A stretch of 57,744 bases of DNA from contig JAKAVT010000005.1 of assembly GCA_021817165.1 (NCBI GenBank), forward strand, positions 1 through 57,744. The letters run 5' to 3'. The notes beneath the pieces are model-generated. The model made no database searches and had not been told where the DNA came from. It saw only the letters and a list, made by a program, of their open reading frames with translations. The position numbers and the translations under genes were made by a program. Source of the stretch: Nanobdellota archaeon. GTDB taxonomy: Archaea; Nanobdellota; Nanobdellia; Parvarchaeales; Parvarchaeaceae. Position 1 is the stretch's first letter. Every line of letters starts with the position of its first letter. Shown piece by piece: positions 38,043-48,298 of this stretch.

Positions 38043-38552
38043 TTATTTAAAGATTTTTTCTATTTTAAGTATTTTATCGGAAAAATCAACTGCATCGCTT
38101 TTTCCAGTTCCGTTTATTGCAGACATTGCCTTCTTTACCGTTCTATTTATGTTCTTTGTATTGTCAATCTGGAACACCCTCTTTTTAGTCCTCAGCGCTT
38201 CTGCATACGTGCCGTTCATTGCCTCAAAAATAGCATTATCATATATTTTTGCTTTTTTATACCCTCTTTTTCTAAGCCGTCTTGCAAGAATTGTCGGGTC
38301 CGTTCTAAGCACGATTATCATGGATATCCTGTTCGATTTTATGAAATGTGAAAGATGCGAAACTACCAATGCGTTGTCCTGCTTTAGACTTTGAAACGCA
38401 TCGTTTACCTCTCTCAGAGTGACCTCTCTCTCTGTTTTTCCCCCGCCGAGAACGCGGTTTAAATCCAATATCTGGTATTTCAGTTTCCTTGCAAGCGCCT
38501 TTGCTACCGTGTGTTTACCAGTGCCGGGTGTGCCGGATATCGCTATTATCAT
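38043..38552 (-). CDS. Adenylate kinase AK6/Fap7 family
   Basis: ISGTPGTGK, VSHLSH, RLRKRGY..AKIYDN. Confidence 0.82.
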   Translation of the reverse strand: MIIAISGTPGTGKHTVAKALARKLKYQILDLNRVLGGGKTEREVTLREVNDAFQSLKQDNALVVSHLSHFIKSNRISMIIVLRTDPTILARRLRKRGYKKAKIYDNAIFEAMNGTYAEALRTKKRVFQIDNTKNINRTVKKAMSAINGTGKSDAVDFSDKILKIEKIFK

Positions 38553-38607
38553 ATTACGGTTATGAAGAGTTTTAATCTATTTATATTAATTCCTGCGATA
38601 AAATGAG

Positions 38608-39981
38608 ATGGACTCTGTAGAAAACAGATCAAATCTATATTCTCTTTTATCCAGTTTTAACAGCGTCGATAACGACTCGATAGAACGCGTGTTAAAGAAT
38701 GATGTTGATGAGTCAGTGTCGGATGCGGTTAAAGTGCTTAATAAAGGATTCATAGACAAAGCCTACGGGAAGGAAGGCTTGGATAGGTATCTAAGGAGCG
38801 TTCTGGATTACTGGGAGGATTATGCTTCAACTACGGGTAAAAGCAGCGCTGGTCTTAAAAAAAGAAACCTGCTTTACAACATACTTTCATCTCCTGCGAA
38901 ACTTATTGCAAAAACATATGATTACATACTGGAAAAAACGAATAGCCATTTTCTCTCAACGGTCTCAATGGGCTTGATTGGAGGCGAATTGGCAGAAATC
39001 ATTGCATTTACAGGAGAGACAGCTTATTATTCCTCAGCATTAAACCTTCCTTTCATGGGTCTTTTTGCAGAAGAATTTATGGCAAATGCGTCTCTTTTCG
39101 TACAGATACCTTTGCTAACGGGTTTGGTGTCTGCCTTGTCAATTGCTTTTATCGTCGGCGGCACTTCAAAGGTGTTCAACCACAAAAAATTAACCGTGCA
39201 GGAAATAGAAAACGACGTAAAAAAATACGCCGGTGAGTTTGAAAAAACCTTTAAAAAATACAATAAGGCGCTTTTTTACTCAAAAATAGAGCCTTCTTTA
39301 GGGAATATAAATGCGATTTACATGCTTTCTTCTACAAAAGCATACTCAAAGGCAATGAATTCGGAAGAAGGCCTAGGAGAATACGAAAAATCGATGCTTC
39401 CTTACATATCCAAAGTGCTTAAAAAGCACATAAATCCAAACCTTATCTTACATCATTCACCGAAAGGCGTTGGAGGATTCACATTGGTGTACAATTCGCT
39501 TTTAGGCAAATTAATAAAGAATAAATCTTATAGCCCTGTTTTTCTGAACACGGAGCGGTTCAATGCCGTTCCAGAGTATCTTTTTGCGCTTTTTCACGAA
39601 CTGTCGCACGGCGCAGGCGCGACTACCGAGCAGATGGCAAGTTATTACGCCGAGACGGCGATGGATGCAGTTAAAGACGATTTTCCACTGGAAGGCTACG
39701 ATCTTTTCCTCGCAGTTAACAAGCTGGAATCTGCCGTTTCCACACTATCAATGAAATTCAAGTCAAATAGCGAATTCTTCGACGAGCTTGAAAAATTACA
39801 TCTGCCCAGATTCATAAAGGAATCCTTTGATTACAGTTTCAATCCCATGTTTTCTATAACTTTTCCGGTCAGCGAGTCCCTTTACAGCGGCGTCATAGAG
39901 TCAAAGTTTTCCAGTCTTTATGCTTCCGGCCCGTATCTTGCCAAAAAGATGGTGGAAAAAGGAATGATTAGAACATTTTAG
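38608..39981 (+). CDS. Membrane-anchored hypothetical protein with HExxH zincin motif
   Basis: Hydrophobic segments at about aa 120-185; FHELSHGAGATTEQMASY. Confidence 0.6.
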   Translation: MDSVENRSNLYSLLSSFNSVDNDSIERVLKNDVDESVSDAVKVLNKGFIDKAYGKEGLDRYLRSVLDYWEDYASTTGKSSAGLKKRNLLYNILSSPAKLIAKTYDYILEKTNSHFLSTVSMGLIGGELAEIIAFTGETAYYSSALNLPFMGLFAEEFMANASLFVQIPLLTGLVSALSIAFIVGGTSKVFNHKKLTVQEIENDVKKYAGEFEKTFKKYNKALFYSKIEPSLGNINAIYMLSSTKAYSKAMNSEEGLGEYEKSMLPYISKVLKKHINPNLILHHSPKGVGGFTLVYNSLLGKLIKNKSYSPVFLNTERFNAVPEYLFALFHELSHGAGATTEQMASYYAETAMDAVKDDFPLEGYDLFLAVNKLESAVSTLSMKFKSNSEFFDELEKLHLPRFIKESFDYSFNPMFSITFPVSESLYSGVIESKFSSLYASGPYLAKKMVEKGMIRTF

Positions 39982-40165
39982 CATGTCGTAAAAACTGTCT
40001 TTTCCGATGATGGAATGGAAGGCGGTAAAATATAAAAGTGCAGGAAAGATAAGTAGAATATGAAAAACCTCAGATTTAGATTGTGCTCAAATAAAGCCAT
40101 TGAAACAAAACAGGTGCAGGGCATTGCGGCGATTTGCTTTATAGAAGGCTTGTTTTTGTCATAAG

Positions 40166-41692
40166 ATGGAAGAAAAAAATGTCATAAAGATGCTAAACAA
40201 GACCGATAAGGTCCTTCTTTCCAACCTTGAAAACAAAGAGATGTTTTCCAACGAGATAGAGTTAAAAAGCGGGCTCGACAGGATTACAGTTATAAATTCA
40301 GCACGGAAGCTTTTCTCCCTCTCTCTTGTTAGCATAGAAAGCATAACTGGAACGACGCTTAGGCTTACTTCCCTTGGGCAGAAATACCTGAAAGAAGGGC
40401 TTCCGGAATATAGAGTATTCAATTTCGTAAGGCGCAATGAAACGGTGGAATATAAACAACTTTTCTCCAGCGTCCCGATGGAAAAGGATGAATTAAACGC
40501 TGCGATAGGGGTGCTTAAAAGATTGCTTGCGATAAGCGTAGATAACGGCAGGATCACTGCAAACGCCGGAAAATCGGCGGAAATAGACGAAAGAAATGCA
40601 GTTTTACAGTCGGTGGAGAAGGGGCAAAAAACAGATTACGCAGGAACTGAAGATCTCATAAGACGCGGAATAATCGAACAAGTAGACGAGATAAGGGAAA
40701 AGATTTCGATAACTCCTGCCGGCATAAAAGTACTCAAAGACGCCGGATTTAATGCCGAATACATAGACAAGCTGTCCGCCAGCAACATTAAAAATTGGGA
40801 GGGCCTGAATTTCAGGGAGTACAGCGCGAAACCCGAGATTCTTAATTCATTATCCGGCAAAATCAACATAAAGACAAAGTTTATCTCATTGATAAAGGAT
40901 GCAATGTTATCCATGGGCTTTTCGGAGATGCACAGTAATTATATAGAATCGACGTTCTGGAATTTTGACGTAATGATGTTTAGACAGGACCATCCTGACA
41001 GGGATATACAGGACACTGTTTATTTGAATGGCGGGAAGGGAAGCATACCTGTCGGGATTCTAAAAAACGTGAAGGACGTTTACGAAAGAGGATTTTTTTC
41101 GTCAAAATACAACGAGTCAATCGGCTACAGAAGGAAATTTGATACTTCTAAAAGCGATTCGCTCATAATGCGGGGACACACCACTGCTACAACCTTCAGG
41201 TACATATACGAATTCATATCCAAGAACAAGGATAAACCTGCTAAGTTTTTTTCAGTCGACAAAGGATTCAGGAACGAAACGATGGACAATACTCACCTGC
41301 TTGAGCTTTACCAGATAGAAGGAGTAGTGTACGATGACAATCTAACAGTATCCGACCTTATCGGTTACATAAGGCAATTTTACGGAAAGATAGGGATAAA
41401 AAAGATAAGGCTTAAGCCTACTTACAATCCGTACACCGAGCCGAGTCTGGAGATACAGGCCTTCAGTCCCAAGCTAAAAAGATGGTTAGAGGTGGGAAAT
41501 TCGGGCGTATTCAGACCGGAGACTCTCAGACCGTTTGGAATAAGCAAAAACATAGTTGCATGGGGTTTCGGGATGGAAAGGATGCTTAACCTTAAGCTTG
41601 GCATGGCGGACATACGCGACCTTTACGGCGCATATACCGACATTGATCTTTTGCGTGAGATGGAGTCGGTGAGGGCATTCAGCGATTTTTGA
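40166..41692 (+). CDS. pheS: Phenylalanyl-tRNA synthetase alpha subunit
   Basis: FWNFD, QDHPDRDIQDT, MRGHTT, FRNE, YNPYTEPSLE, WGFGMER. Confidence 0.95.
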   Translation: MEEKNVIKMLNKTDKVLLSNLENKEMFSNEIELKSGLDRITVINSARKLFSLSLVSIESITGTTLRLTSLGQKYLKEGLPEYRVFNFVRRNETVEYKQLFSSVPMEKDELNAAIGVLKRLLAISVDNGRITANAGKSAEIDERNAVLQSVEKGQKTDYAGTEDLIRRGIIEQVDEIREKISITPAGIKVLKDAGFNAEYIDKLSASNIKNWEGLNFREYSAKPEILNSLSGKINIKTKFISLIKDAMLSMGFSEMHSNYIESTFWNFDVMMFRQDHPDRDIQDTVYLNGGKGSIPVGILKNVKDVYERGFFSSKYNESIGYRRKFDTSKSDSLIMRGHTTATTFRYIYEFISKNKDKPAKFFSVDKGFRNETMDNTHLLELYQIEGVVYDDNLTVSDLIGYIRQFYGKIGIKKIRLKPTYNPYTEPSLEIQAFSPKLKRWLEVGNSGVFRPETLRPFGISKNIVAWGFGMERMLNLKLGMADIRDLYGAYTDIDLLREMESVRAFSDF

Positions 41693-41695
41693 AAT

Positions 41696-43339
41696 ATGGT
41701 AATGCTTAATTACAGTCTTGATGAAATGAACGAAGCGCTGGGGAAAAAGCTGAAGATAACCGATTACGAAAGAATAGCCCTGAGGTTCGGATTGGATTTG
41801 GATGTTGGGGATGACATGCTTGATTTTGAGCTTACTTCTGATAGAACCGACATAGTTTCAAAGTATTCTCTTGCGCAGATATTTGCCAGTCAGCTTGGAA
41901 TAAAAATTAAAAGGCACGTTTCGATTGGAAGGGAAAAACCGGGCGTTTTAGTGGAAAAAACGGCAAGGGAGTTCGTAAATTTAATCCACGTAGTGCTTGA
42001 TGATAGAGCCGAAAAGAATCTGAGTGAGATTCTGGCCATCCAGGAAAGGCTCGACAAGAATGTAGGAAGGAACAGGAAAAAATCCGCCATAGGGCTGTTT
42101 GACTATGAAAAGATTGCCTTTCCAATAACTTACCGTGAAATAGGAAAGGACAAAGTAGAATTTATTCCACTTGGATATTCATCGTCAAAAAATTACGATG
42201 ACATAATCAGAGACGTAAAACAAGCGATCGAATACAGACAGTTAATTCCCAGGAAGCCGATAGCGTGGCTGGACAGCAGTAACAACATAATAGCTATGCC
42301 GCCGATAATAAATGCAGACAGGTATTCGGTAACCGCAGATACAAAGGAGTTATTGATAGACGTGACTGGGCCCGACAGAGAGACAGTAAACGCAGTAACT
42401 AAAATACTTATGTACAATTTCCAATTTTTAGGTAAAGTGTCTATCATAGCAGCAAGCTATAAAAATAAAGCGATATCCACGGGATTTTCAATCGATACGC
42501 ACGGATTTTATTTGAACGAAGATTCAATAAAGTCAGTGCTTGGAAACAAGATAAGCCAAAAACAGGCGGTAAAGATACTGTCGGCATCCGACTACACAGT
42601 CAAAACGCAGGGAAAGGACATTTTCGTGAAGCCACCATTCTACCGGCAGGACGTTATGCATCAGGTGGACATAATAGACGACATAATGAGGGCTTTCGGC
42701 GTTGATAACATAACAGAAACGATTCCGCATACCTACACTGAGGGCAGTTTCCTTCCAAATCATTACTTTGTTCAGAATATAAAAGAGATACTGATAGGAT
42801 TTGGTTACCAGGAGATAGACATAAATGCGCTTACGAATGAGAAATACCAATTCTTAAACACGTTTATAAATGGAGAGGATTATGTCAGCCTTCTGCAATT
42901 AAAAAGCGGCGATGTCACAATGGCCAGCAGATACATCTTTCCTGAGCTGTTAAGGCTGATATCCAATAACCTTCACAAGAAGTTCCCGCAGAAAATATTC
43001 TCACTGTCGGAAGTCGTCCAGGAGGGGGAGTCAGACGTAACGTTCGAGAACAGACTGAAGCTTTCATTAGTGTCCTGCGAGAAGGATTCAAATGTGACCG
43101 ACGTTCTCTCAATAATAAAGAAGGTTCTGGCGGATTCGTTCATGACAAAGGACATATCCACGGGTTACGTCAGCGCAAAATATGCGAAAACATTTATAAA
43201 TGGAAGGGCTTACACTCTTATAGTAAACGGGAAGGAAATAGGGGTTGCCGGAGAAGTCCATCCGAGGGTTTTAAATTCGTTCGGCATAGAACTGCCAGTT
43301 TCACTGGCCGAAATATACATTGATGGGTTTACACGATGA
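41696..43339 (+). CDS. pheT: Phenylalanyl-tRNA synthetase beta subunit
   Basis: DRTD, MPPIINA, PFYRQDVMHQVDIIDD, GEVHP; follows pheS. Confidence 0.93.
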   Translation: MVMLNYSLDEMNEALGKKLKITDYERIALRFGLDLDVGDDMLDFELTSDRTDIVSKYSLAQIFASQLGIKIKRHVSIGREKPGVLVEKTAREFVNLIHVVLDDRAEKNLSEILAIQERLDKNVGRNRKKSAIGLFDYEKIAFPITYREIGKDKVEFIPLGYSSSKNYDDIIRDVKQAIEYRQLIPRKPIAWLDSSNNIIAMPPIINADRYSVTADTKELLIDVTGPDRETVNAVTKILMYNFQFLGKVSIIAASYKNKAISTGFSIDTHGFYLNEDSIKSVLGNKISQKQAVKILSASDYTVKTQGKDIFVKPPFYRQDVMHQVDIIDDIMRAFGVDNITETIPHTYTEGSFLPNHYFVQNIKEILIGFGYQEIDINALTNEKYQFLNTFINGEDYVSLLQLKSGDVTMASRYIFPELLRLISNNLHKKFPQKIFSLSEVVQEGESDVTFENRLKLSLVSCEKDSNVTDVLSIIKKVLADSFMTKDISTGYVSAKYAKTFINGRAYTLIVNGKEIGVAGEVHPRVLNSFGIELPVSLAEIYIDGFTR

Positions 43340-43776
43340 ATTGCGAGATATGTGGTGCATTCGAGGAAAACCTTTTAAAGACAGAAGTAGAGGGCGCAGT
43401 AATGAATCTTTGCAAGAGCTGTTCAAAATATGGCAAGGTCATCGGGGAATCTGATCCTGGCTATAAATCGTTTTCAATACATGGAGAAAGCGAAAAGCAG
43501 CTAAAGGAAAACTACATACAGGCAATAAAAGACGCTGCAGAGCAAAAGGGCCTTTCAATCAACGAATTGGCAGACAGGATAAAATGTTCACCAAAGGATC
43601 TGGAAAAGATTGTGAAGGGTCAGATCATGCCGAATAATGAGATATCTGTAAAACTTGAAAGGTTTCTTGGCATATCATTGTACGAAATGGACTATGTTTC
43701 TGATGCGAATTTCAAAACTCACGTTGAAAAACTGTCGTTTGGAGACATTGTAGACATAAAAAGAACCAAGAAATAA
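43336..43776 (+). CDS. mbf1: Archaeal multiprotein bridging factor 1 (Zn ribbon + HTH)
   Basis: MNCEICG...VEGAVMNLCKSCSKYG plus XRE-type HTH; C-terminal LSFGDIV. Confidence 0.85.
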   Translation: MNCEICGAFEENLLKTEVEGAVMNLCKSCSKYGKVIGESDPGYKSFSIHGESEKQLKENYIQAIKDAAEQKGLSINELADRIKCSPKDLEKIVKGQIMPNNEISVKLERFLGISLYEMDYVSDANFKTHVEKLSFGDIVDIKRTKK

Positions 43777-43783
43777 GAATATA

Positions 43784-43866
43784 GCAGAGGTAACGAAGCG
43801 GTCAAACGTGTAAGGCTTAGGACCTTATGGCTTAGGCCTTCGAGGGTTCAAATCCCTCCCTCTGCA
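43784..43866 (+). tRNA. tRNA-Leu(TAG)
   Basis: GCAGAGG/CCTCTGC-A; TAAGG-CTTAGGA-CCTTA; long variable arm. Confidence 0.93.
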
Positions 43867-43972
43867 CGTTCTAAAAATCATCTGTGTATACAATTATTGC
43901 TTAATGATAAACTTAAATACTAAAATTTGCTTATCTTCTTATAGCATTAAAATTAAGTGGTGAGGTGTAAAC

Positions 43973-44377
43973 ATGGTAAATCTTCCGTTTGATAATTTCT
44001 TGAATATTTTCAAGAAGAACGTAAATGTGGATTCGTCTAGTCAAGGCAGCGACTACGTTGAATTAGAAGTAGAACAGGGCGACAAGCCTATGGCCAAGAT
44101 ATATGTGAAGTACTACAACCTTAACAAGTTTGAGGATGCAAGCCCAGTGCTGAATGACATCCGCTCTGGATATACTTTGTCGTTCATAAAGGTAAAAGAG
44201 ATAAGAGAAAAAGGAGGAGTAGAGGAATTAAAACGTACCATATCAAAATTAAAGAAAAGTTCAGATGCTGCGGGAGCACAGATAATAGGAGTTGACGAGG
44301 ATTATCTTTTGGTAGTCCCAGACTTTGTCAAAGTAGAAAAAGGGGAAGTATTGGGCAGTCAAGAAAACAAGGTTTGA
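43973..44377 (+). CDS. sepF: Cell division protein SepF
   Basis: DYVEL N-terminal motif; VLNDIRSG, ELKRTISKLKK...GAQIIGVDEDYLLVVP; SD GAGGTG. Confidence 0.8.
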   Translation: MVNLPFDNFLNIFKKNVNVDSSSQGSDYVELEVEQGDKPMAKIYVKYYNLNKFEDASPVLNDIRSGYTLSFIKVKEIREKGGVEELKRTISKLKKSSDAAGAQIIGVDEDYLLVVPDFVKVEKGEVLGSQENKV

Positions 44378-44378
44378 T

Positions 44379-44705
44379 TCAATTGCCGTTTTCTGCTTCT
44401 TTTGAATAATAAGCCGCGTTTATAGCGCTCTTGTCCGATTCTTTCGTTATACTTAGCATCGTAAGCGCTTTTATAGGGGTATGGTCTTCCTTTTCTCCGT
44501 CTATTTTTACGGTATTAAATGAAAATGATAAATCATCGAAAAACTCCGCGGCGCTTCTATCTATTCCAACGGTTTCTGGCTTTGCCGTATTTAGTATGTC
44601 CTTAACTTCGTTTAAACTCTTTACCCTGTGCACCTGCACGGAATTGTTTATGATTACTGCCACTATAATCCTGCCTTCATTTACCGCTATTCCTGCCCTT
44701 GTCAT
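44379..44705 (-). CDS. Hypothetical protein, possible RNase H-like fold
   Basis: AGIAV...IIVAVI...KPETVGIDRS pattern; operonic with the methyltransferase. Confidence 0.5.
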   Translation of the reverse strand: MTRAGIAVNEGRIIVAVIINNSVQVHRVKSLNEVKDILNTAKPETVGIDRSAAEFFDDLSFSFNTVKIDGEKEDHTPIKALTMLSITKESDKSAINAAYYSKEAENGN

Positions 44706-45261
44706 ATACTTTTATAAGGATAAGCTCCTCGAAGAAAAAATTAACTGAAGATAACCTCTCGAAGCTAAGTCTTAAACGCTTTATCTCCTTATATACTTTA
44801 TCCGTGTTGTAAACGCTGGAAATGATTATAAACGCCTTTCCTTCTGGATTAAGATGGTCTTTGAGAGAACGTATTATCTTTATCGTGAGTTCGCTGCCTT
44901 CTTTTCCACCGCTCAAAGCTTGGCCAGCCCATCCCCTTTCTTTTTTCTCCGGAAGATAAGGGGGATTCGCATAGATTACGTCGAACCTCCTTTTATCGAG
45001 CGAAGAGAACAAGTCTGATTCTATACATTCAAAGTTTTTTATTCCATTTTTTCTTGCGTTGTACTCTATTGCTTTTATCGCATTTGGATTTATGTCCGCA
45101 AATGTCACCTTGTCAGAATTTGACGCGGCGCTTAAGCCTATTATTCCGCTGCCAGCGAACATGTCAAGTACTTCACCATATGCATATTTTACTGCGCTTA
45201 AAAGCAGTAAGCTGTCCTCTGAAGGAGGATAGACATCCTTGAATTCCTTTATATACACCAT
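44677..45261 (-). CDS. HemK/PrmC-like protein glutamine methyltransferase
   Basis: VYPPSEDSLLL, LDMFAGSG, NPPY. Confidence 0.88.
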   Translation of the reverse strand: MVYIKEFKDVYPPSEDSLLLLSAVKYAYGEVLDMFAGSGIIGLSAASNSDKVTFADINPNAIKAIEYNARKNGIKNFECIESDLFSSLDKRRFDVIYANPPYLPEKKERGWAGQALSGGKEGSELTIKIIRSLKDHLNPEGKAFIIISSVYNTDKVYKEIKRLRLSFERLSSVNFFFEELILIKVYDKGRNSGK

Positions 45262-45296
45262 ATCGAAACACTTATTAACAATCAATACTAGATTAA

Positions 45297-45764
45297 ATGA
45301 TAAATATGAAAGGGTTCAGGAACTATTTATTGCTTGCTTTGTTGATAGTGCTTTTGATTGCGTTTATAGCAGCTGGTAAGACTTCTCCGGCTTACAAGGC
45401 ACCGGTAACGCAGACTGTAAACTGCGGTTCAATAAGTCTCAGCTTCGTTTATTCCACCAATACAAACGTAAAGGCGCCAGAAGGCACTAACACTTTCTTC
45501 AACATGGATGTTAACAACACCGGAAACGTAACCGAAGATATAGGTTTGGCCGTAACTCCTTCTGCGAACGCACCGTTCTCAGTCAGAGTCGCAAATTCGA
45601 CGGAACTTAACATAAGCAAAGAAGGGTTTACCAGCTTCGGAGTCTATTCGCCGTCAAAGCTTGGAAATTATTCCGTCGTTGCAAACTTATCTGCAAGCTA
45701 TCTCAATTGCGTAAATTACAAGATCATACCTATAAATGTGACAGTCGTAAATGCTACTAGTTAA
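45297..45764 (+). CDS. Secreted/membrane-anchored hypothetical protein (Ig-like)
   Basis: N-terminal hydrophobic segment; beta-rich with N-glycosylation sequons. Confidence 0.65.
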   Translation: MINMKGFRNYLLLALLIVLLIAFIAAGKTSPAYKAPVTQTVNCGSISLSFVYSTNTNVKAPEGTNTFFNMDVNNTGNVTEDIGLAVTPSANAPFSVRVANSTELNISKEGFTSFGVYSPSKLGNYSVVANLSASYLNCVNYKIIPINVTVVNATS

Positions 45765-46099
45765 TGGAAAACCAGACAACGAAGGATACACAGATTAAAG
45801 AAATAAGGGAAGAGAACGTAAGAGTAAGGTTTGTTGGGAAATTGGTGTCTTTTGACGATAAAACAGGGGTGTTCGAAGTCGAGGATGACGGTTTACGGCT
45901 TACCTGTCTTCCAAACTATCAGGAACAAATCAAACTTGAACCGTCAGAAATCGTTCTTGTCACTGGAAGAAGCATTGCAGCAGACTCATCGTTTGAGATA
46001 AGGGCAGACAAAGTAGAAAAGATAAATATAAATGATTACAACAATTATAAAAAGTATTTAACGATAAGGAATAATCTATTAAATGGTAATGGAAGCTGA
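45764..46099 (+). CDS. Single OB-fold protein (small RPA-subunit-like)
   Basis: IKEI...RVRFVGKLV...VEDD...IVLVTGR; directly upstream of PCNA. Confidence 0.65.
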   Translation: MENQTTKDTQIKEIREENVRVRFVGKLVSFDDKTGVFEVEDDGLRLTCLPNYQEQIKLEPSEIVLVTGRSIAADSSFEIRADKVEKININDYNNYKKYLTIRNNLLNGNGS

Positions 46100-46829
46100 A
46101 TTTAAGGATGCAGAAGTTTTTAAGAAGATGATGGACACAATAGGCAGCTTAATGTCTGATGTTTCCATAGATTTCAACGAAGAGGGGTTTGCAATAAAGG
46201 CCATGGATCCTGCAAACATAGCGATGGTCCTATTTGAAGCGAAAAAATCGATTTTTTCCAGCTTCAACGTAGAAAAGCCAATCAAGATATCAGTTTCACT
46301 GGATGATTTAAACGGAATATTAAGGCTGACTAAGAAAGAAGACCGGCTTAAGATGTCCGATTCCAAGAACAGGCTTGTTATAGACATAAATGGAAAAAAC
46401 AAGCAGCATTTTGGTATTCCTTTAATAGATGAGAATTATACGGCGCAGAAGATACCACAACTTAAGTTCACTTCTGAAGTCACCGTTTTGGGTTCGCTTA
46501 TAAAGGATTCCGTGAAAGCGGCTGTGTTGGTTGATGATTCAATATACTTTACCGTTGACAGGCCGAGATTCATAATAAGCTCAAAGAGCGAGGAAAAGGA
46601 GTTTTCGCAGGAACTGTCAATAAACGATAACAAAGAGATATTTGACATGAAATCAGACTCTACTACAAGGTCAAAATACTCTATTGATTACCTTACAAAA
46701 TTTTTGTACGCAGTCGACCCTGAAAAGCCGGTAAGAATGTCCTTTTCTAACAATTATCCGCTTAAGCTTGACTATGAGATAAACTCCGACGCGTCTATGT
46801 CGTTTATACTTGCAAATAGGCTTGAATAG
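46083..46829 (+). CDS. pcn: PCNA sliding clamp
   Basis: KAMDPANIAMV, SKYSIDYL, YPLKLDY, FILANR. Confidence 0.94.
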   Translation: MVMEAEFKDAEVFKKMMDTIGSLMSDVSIDFNEEGFAIKAMDPANIAMVLFEAKKSIFSSFNVEKPIKISVSLDDLNGILRLTKKEDRLKMSDSKNRLVIDINGKNKQHFGIPLIDENYTAQKIPQLKFTSEVTVLGSLIKDSVKAAVLVDDSIYFTVDRPRFIISSKSEEKEFSQELSINDNKEIFDMKSDSTTRSKYSIDYLTKFLYAVDPEKPVRMSFSNNYPLKLDYEINSDASMSFILANRLE

Positions 46830-47267
46830 TCAAAACATAAACAGCTCGCTTTCATATAATTCTATGTCCTTAAGCAGTGCAGGCAGCGAATAAAAATCAA
46901 CGGCAAGTATTTTTTCCCCGTCTTCCCTGTGCATCAATAGCGAATTGGTTTTGTTCTTCGTAACTAGAAGTATTATGTCCTTTTTTCCTTCATTGCCGTC
47001 TTTTACAAGGAAGTTATAAGCCCGAGTCAGCTGTTTCTTTGCGAACTCCCTTTCCTTCTCAGGAGGGATGTAAGCATGGTTTTTGCAGTCTACGAAAAAC
47101 CTCCTCTTTTTATCGTACGCTATAAAATCGATTTGAAACCGCCTGTCAGTTTTGAACCTTACATTTCTTTCAACGGTGTAATCGAATTTCTCGAATATAT
47201 CTGCAGAGTCGTTTTCGAACTTCTTCCATTGATTATCCTCCTTGTCGAATTTGACATCGAAATACAT
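46830..47267 (-). CDS. PD-(D/E)xK restriction-endonuclease-like (Mrr-like) protein
   Basis: WKKFE...QIDFIA...FVDCK. Confidence 0.7.
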   Translation of the reverse strand: MYFDVKFDKEDNQWKKFENDSADIFEKFDYTVERNVRFKTDRRFQIDFIAYDKKRRFFVDCKNHAYIPPEKEREFAKKQLTRAYNFLVKDGNEGKKDIILLVTKNKTNSLLMHREDGEKILAVDFYSLPALLKDIELYESELFMF

Positions 47268-47305
47268 AAGATATATAAAAGAGGCATATTAATAAATGGT
47301 ATCAA

Positions 47306-47376
47306 GCATCGGTAGTCCAGTGGTAAGACACTACCCTGCCACGGTGGAGACCCGGGTTCGAATCCCGGCCGATGCA
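47306..47376 (+). tRNA. tRNA-Gly(GCC)
   Basis: GCATCGG/CCGATGC-A; CTACC-CTGCCAC-GGTGG; GGTTCGAATCC. Confidence 0.95.
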
Positions 47377-47694
47377 TTACTTTTGCTTCCTTAGCATCAT
47401 TTTTATGTAAATCCAGCTTTCCAGGTTTTTTATTGGCCTGGTCATAGAACCGCCGCCCAGCAATGAAAGCACTAGAAGCAAGATGCACGCTGCCGTTAAC
47501 GCGTATATTAAAGGAGAGACGATTCCTATGTAGCCAAGCATTGCGGATATTATTATCGTTACTATAAATCCCACCTCCTTCCGGTAAAAGTAGGTTATAC
47601 CAACTCCGGATACAATAAGCGCAAAAAACAGGTATGCTATGTAAGGGTTCGTCTGTATTGCAGACGTTATCATTATGTATAATATATTGGTCAT
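47377..47694 (-). CDS. Small membrane protein
   Basis: Three hydrophobic segments; start overlaps the pth2 stop. Confidence 0.6.
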   Translation of the reverse strand: MTNILYIMITSAIQTNPYIAYLFFALIVSGVGITYFYRKEVGFIVTIIISAMLGYIGIVSPLIYALTAACILLLVLSLLGGGSMTRPIKNLESWIYIKMMLRKQK

Positions 47695-48059
47695 AGGAGC
47701 TTTAGTTTGGACGTTATCCGGTTTATTTCATCGGTATAATAAGGACCTATGCCTATAGCAGTTTCAGTGCCTGGCGGCACCTGCGTCTGGCCCGCGTCTT
47801 TTACTACCTGAAAAGGAAGGCTGCTTCTTTTTAGTCTGTCTTTCAATTCTTCAAATTCCCCGGGTTTATTCACCTTTAATACTATCTTGGTCTCCCCTTC
47901 GCTGATCCATTTTTTAGCCAGTTCTGGATAAAGTTTTTCGGTGTGCAGAAAACTCATCAGGCTTGCGTGAGAACCCTGTGCGACGAGTTTTCCAGTCCCC
48001 ATGTCTATGTCCTTCCTCAGTATTATCACCTGTTTTATCTCTTTTTGCTGCTTTTCCAT
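47691..48059 (-). CDS. pth2: Peptidyl-tRNA hydrolase 2
   Basis: KQVIILRKDIDMGTGKLVAQGSHA, KIVLK, DAGQTQV, IGP. Confidence 0.94.
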   Translation of the reverse strand: MEKQQKEIKQVIILRKDIDMGTGKLVAQGSHASLMSFLHTEKLYPELAKKWISEGETKIVLKVNKPGEFEELKDRLKRSSLPFQVVKDAGQTQVPPGTETAIGIGPYYTDEINRITSKLKLL

Positions 48060-48111
48060 ATATTATTTATAACAGAAACATATAAATATGAATCTGATAA
48101 TAAACTAACAA

Positions 48112-48297
48112 ATGGCAGAGGATTTAGTTGAAGCAGAAAAGAATTTCTGCATTTCATGCGAAAGGGACGTTTCTATAATAGACGATTCAGTGATTTTCAA
48201 TTGCCCAAACTGTGGCACAAAAATTTCAAGATGCGGAAAATGCAGGGGAAGAGGCGTTAACTACACCTGCAAAGTATGCGGTTTCGTTGGTCCTTGA
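48112..48297 (+). CDS. DUF1610/HVO_2753-like zinc-finger protein
   Basis: CISC...FNCPNCG...RCGKCR...YTCKVCGFVGP; conserved neighbour of EF-1beta. Confidence 0.88.
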   Translation: MAEDLVEAEKNFCISCERDVSIIDDSVIFNCPNCGTKISRCGKCRGRGVNYTCKVCGFVGP

Positions 48298-48298
48298 T

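Noticed and set aside
47159-47488. ORF-track minus-strand 109-aa ORF
   Set aside because: Spans tRNA-Gly on the opposite strand (RPGFEPGSPPWQG is a tRNA translation artefact)
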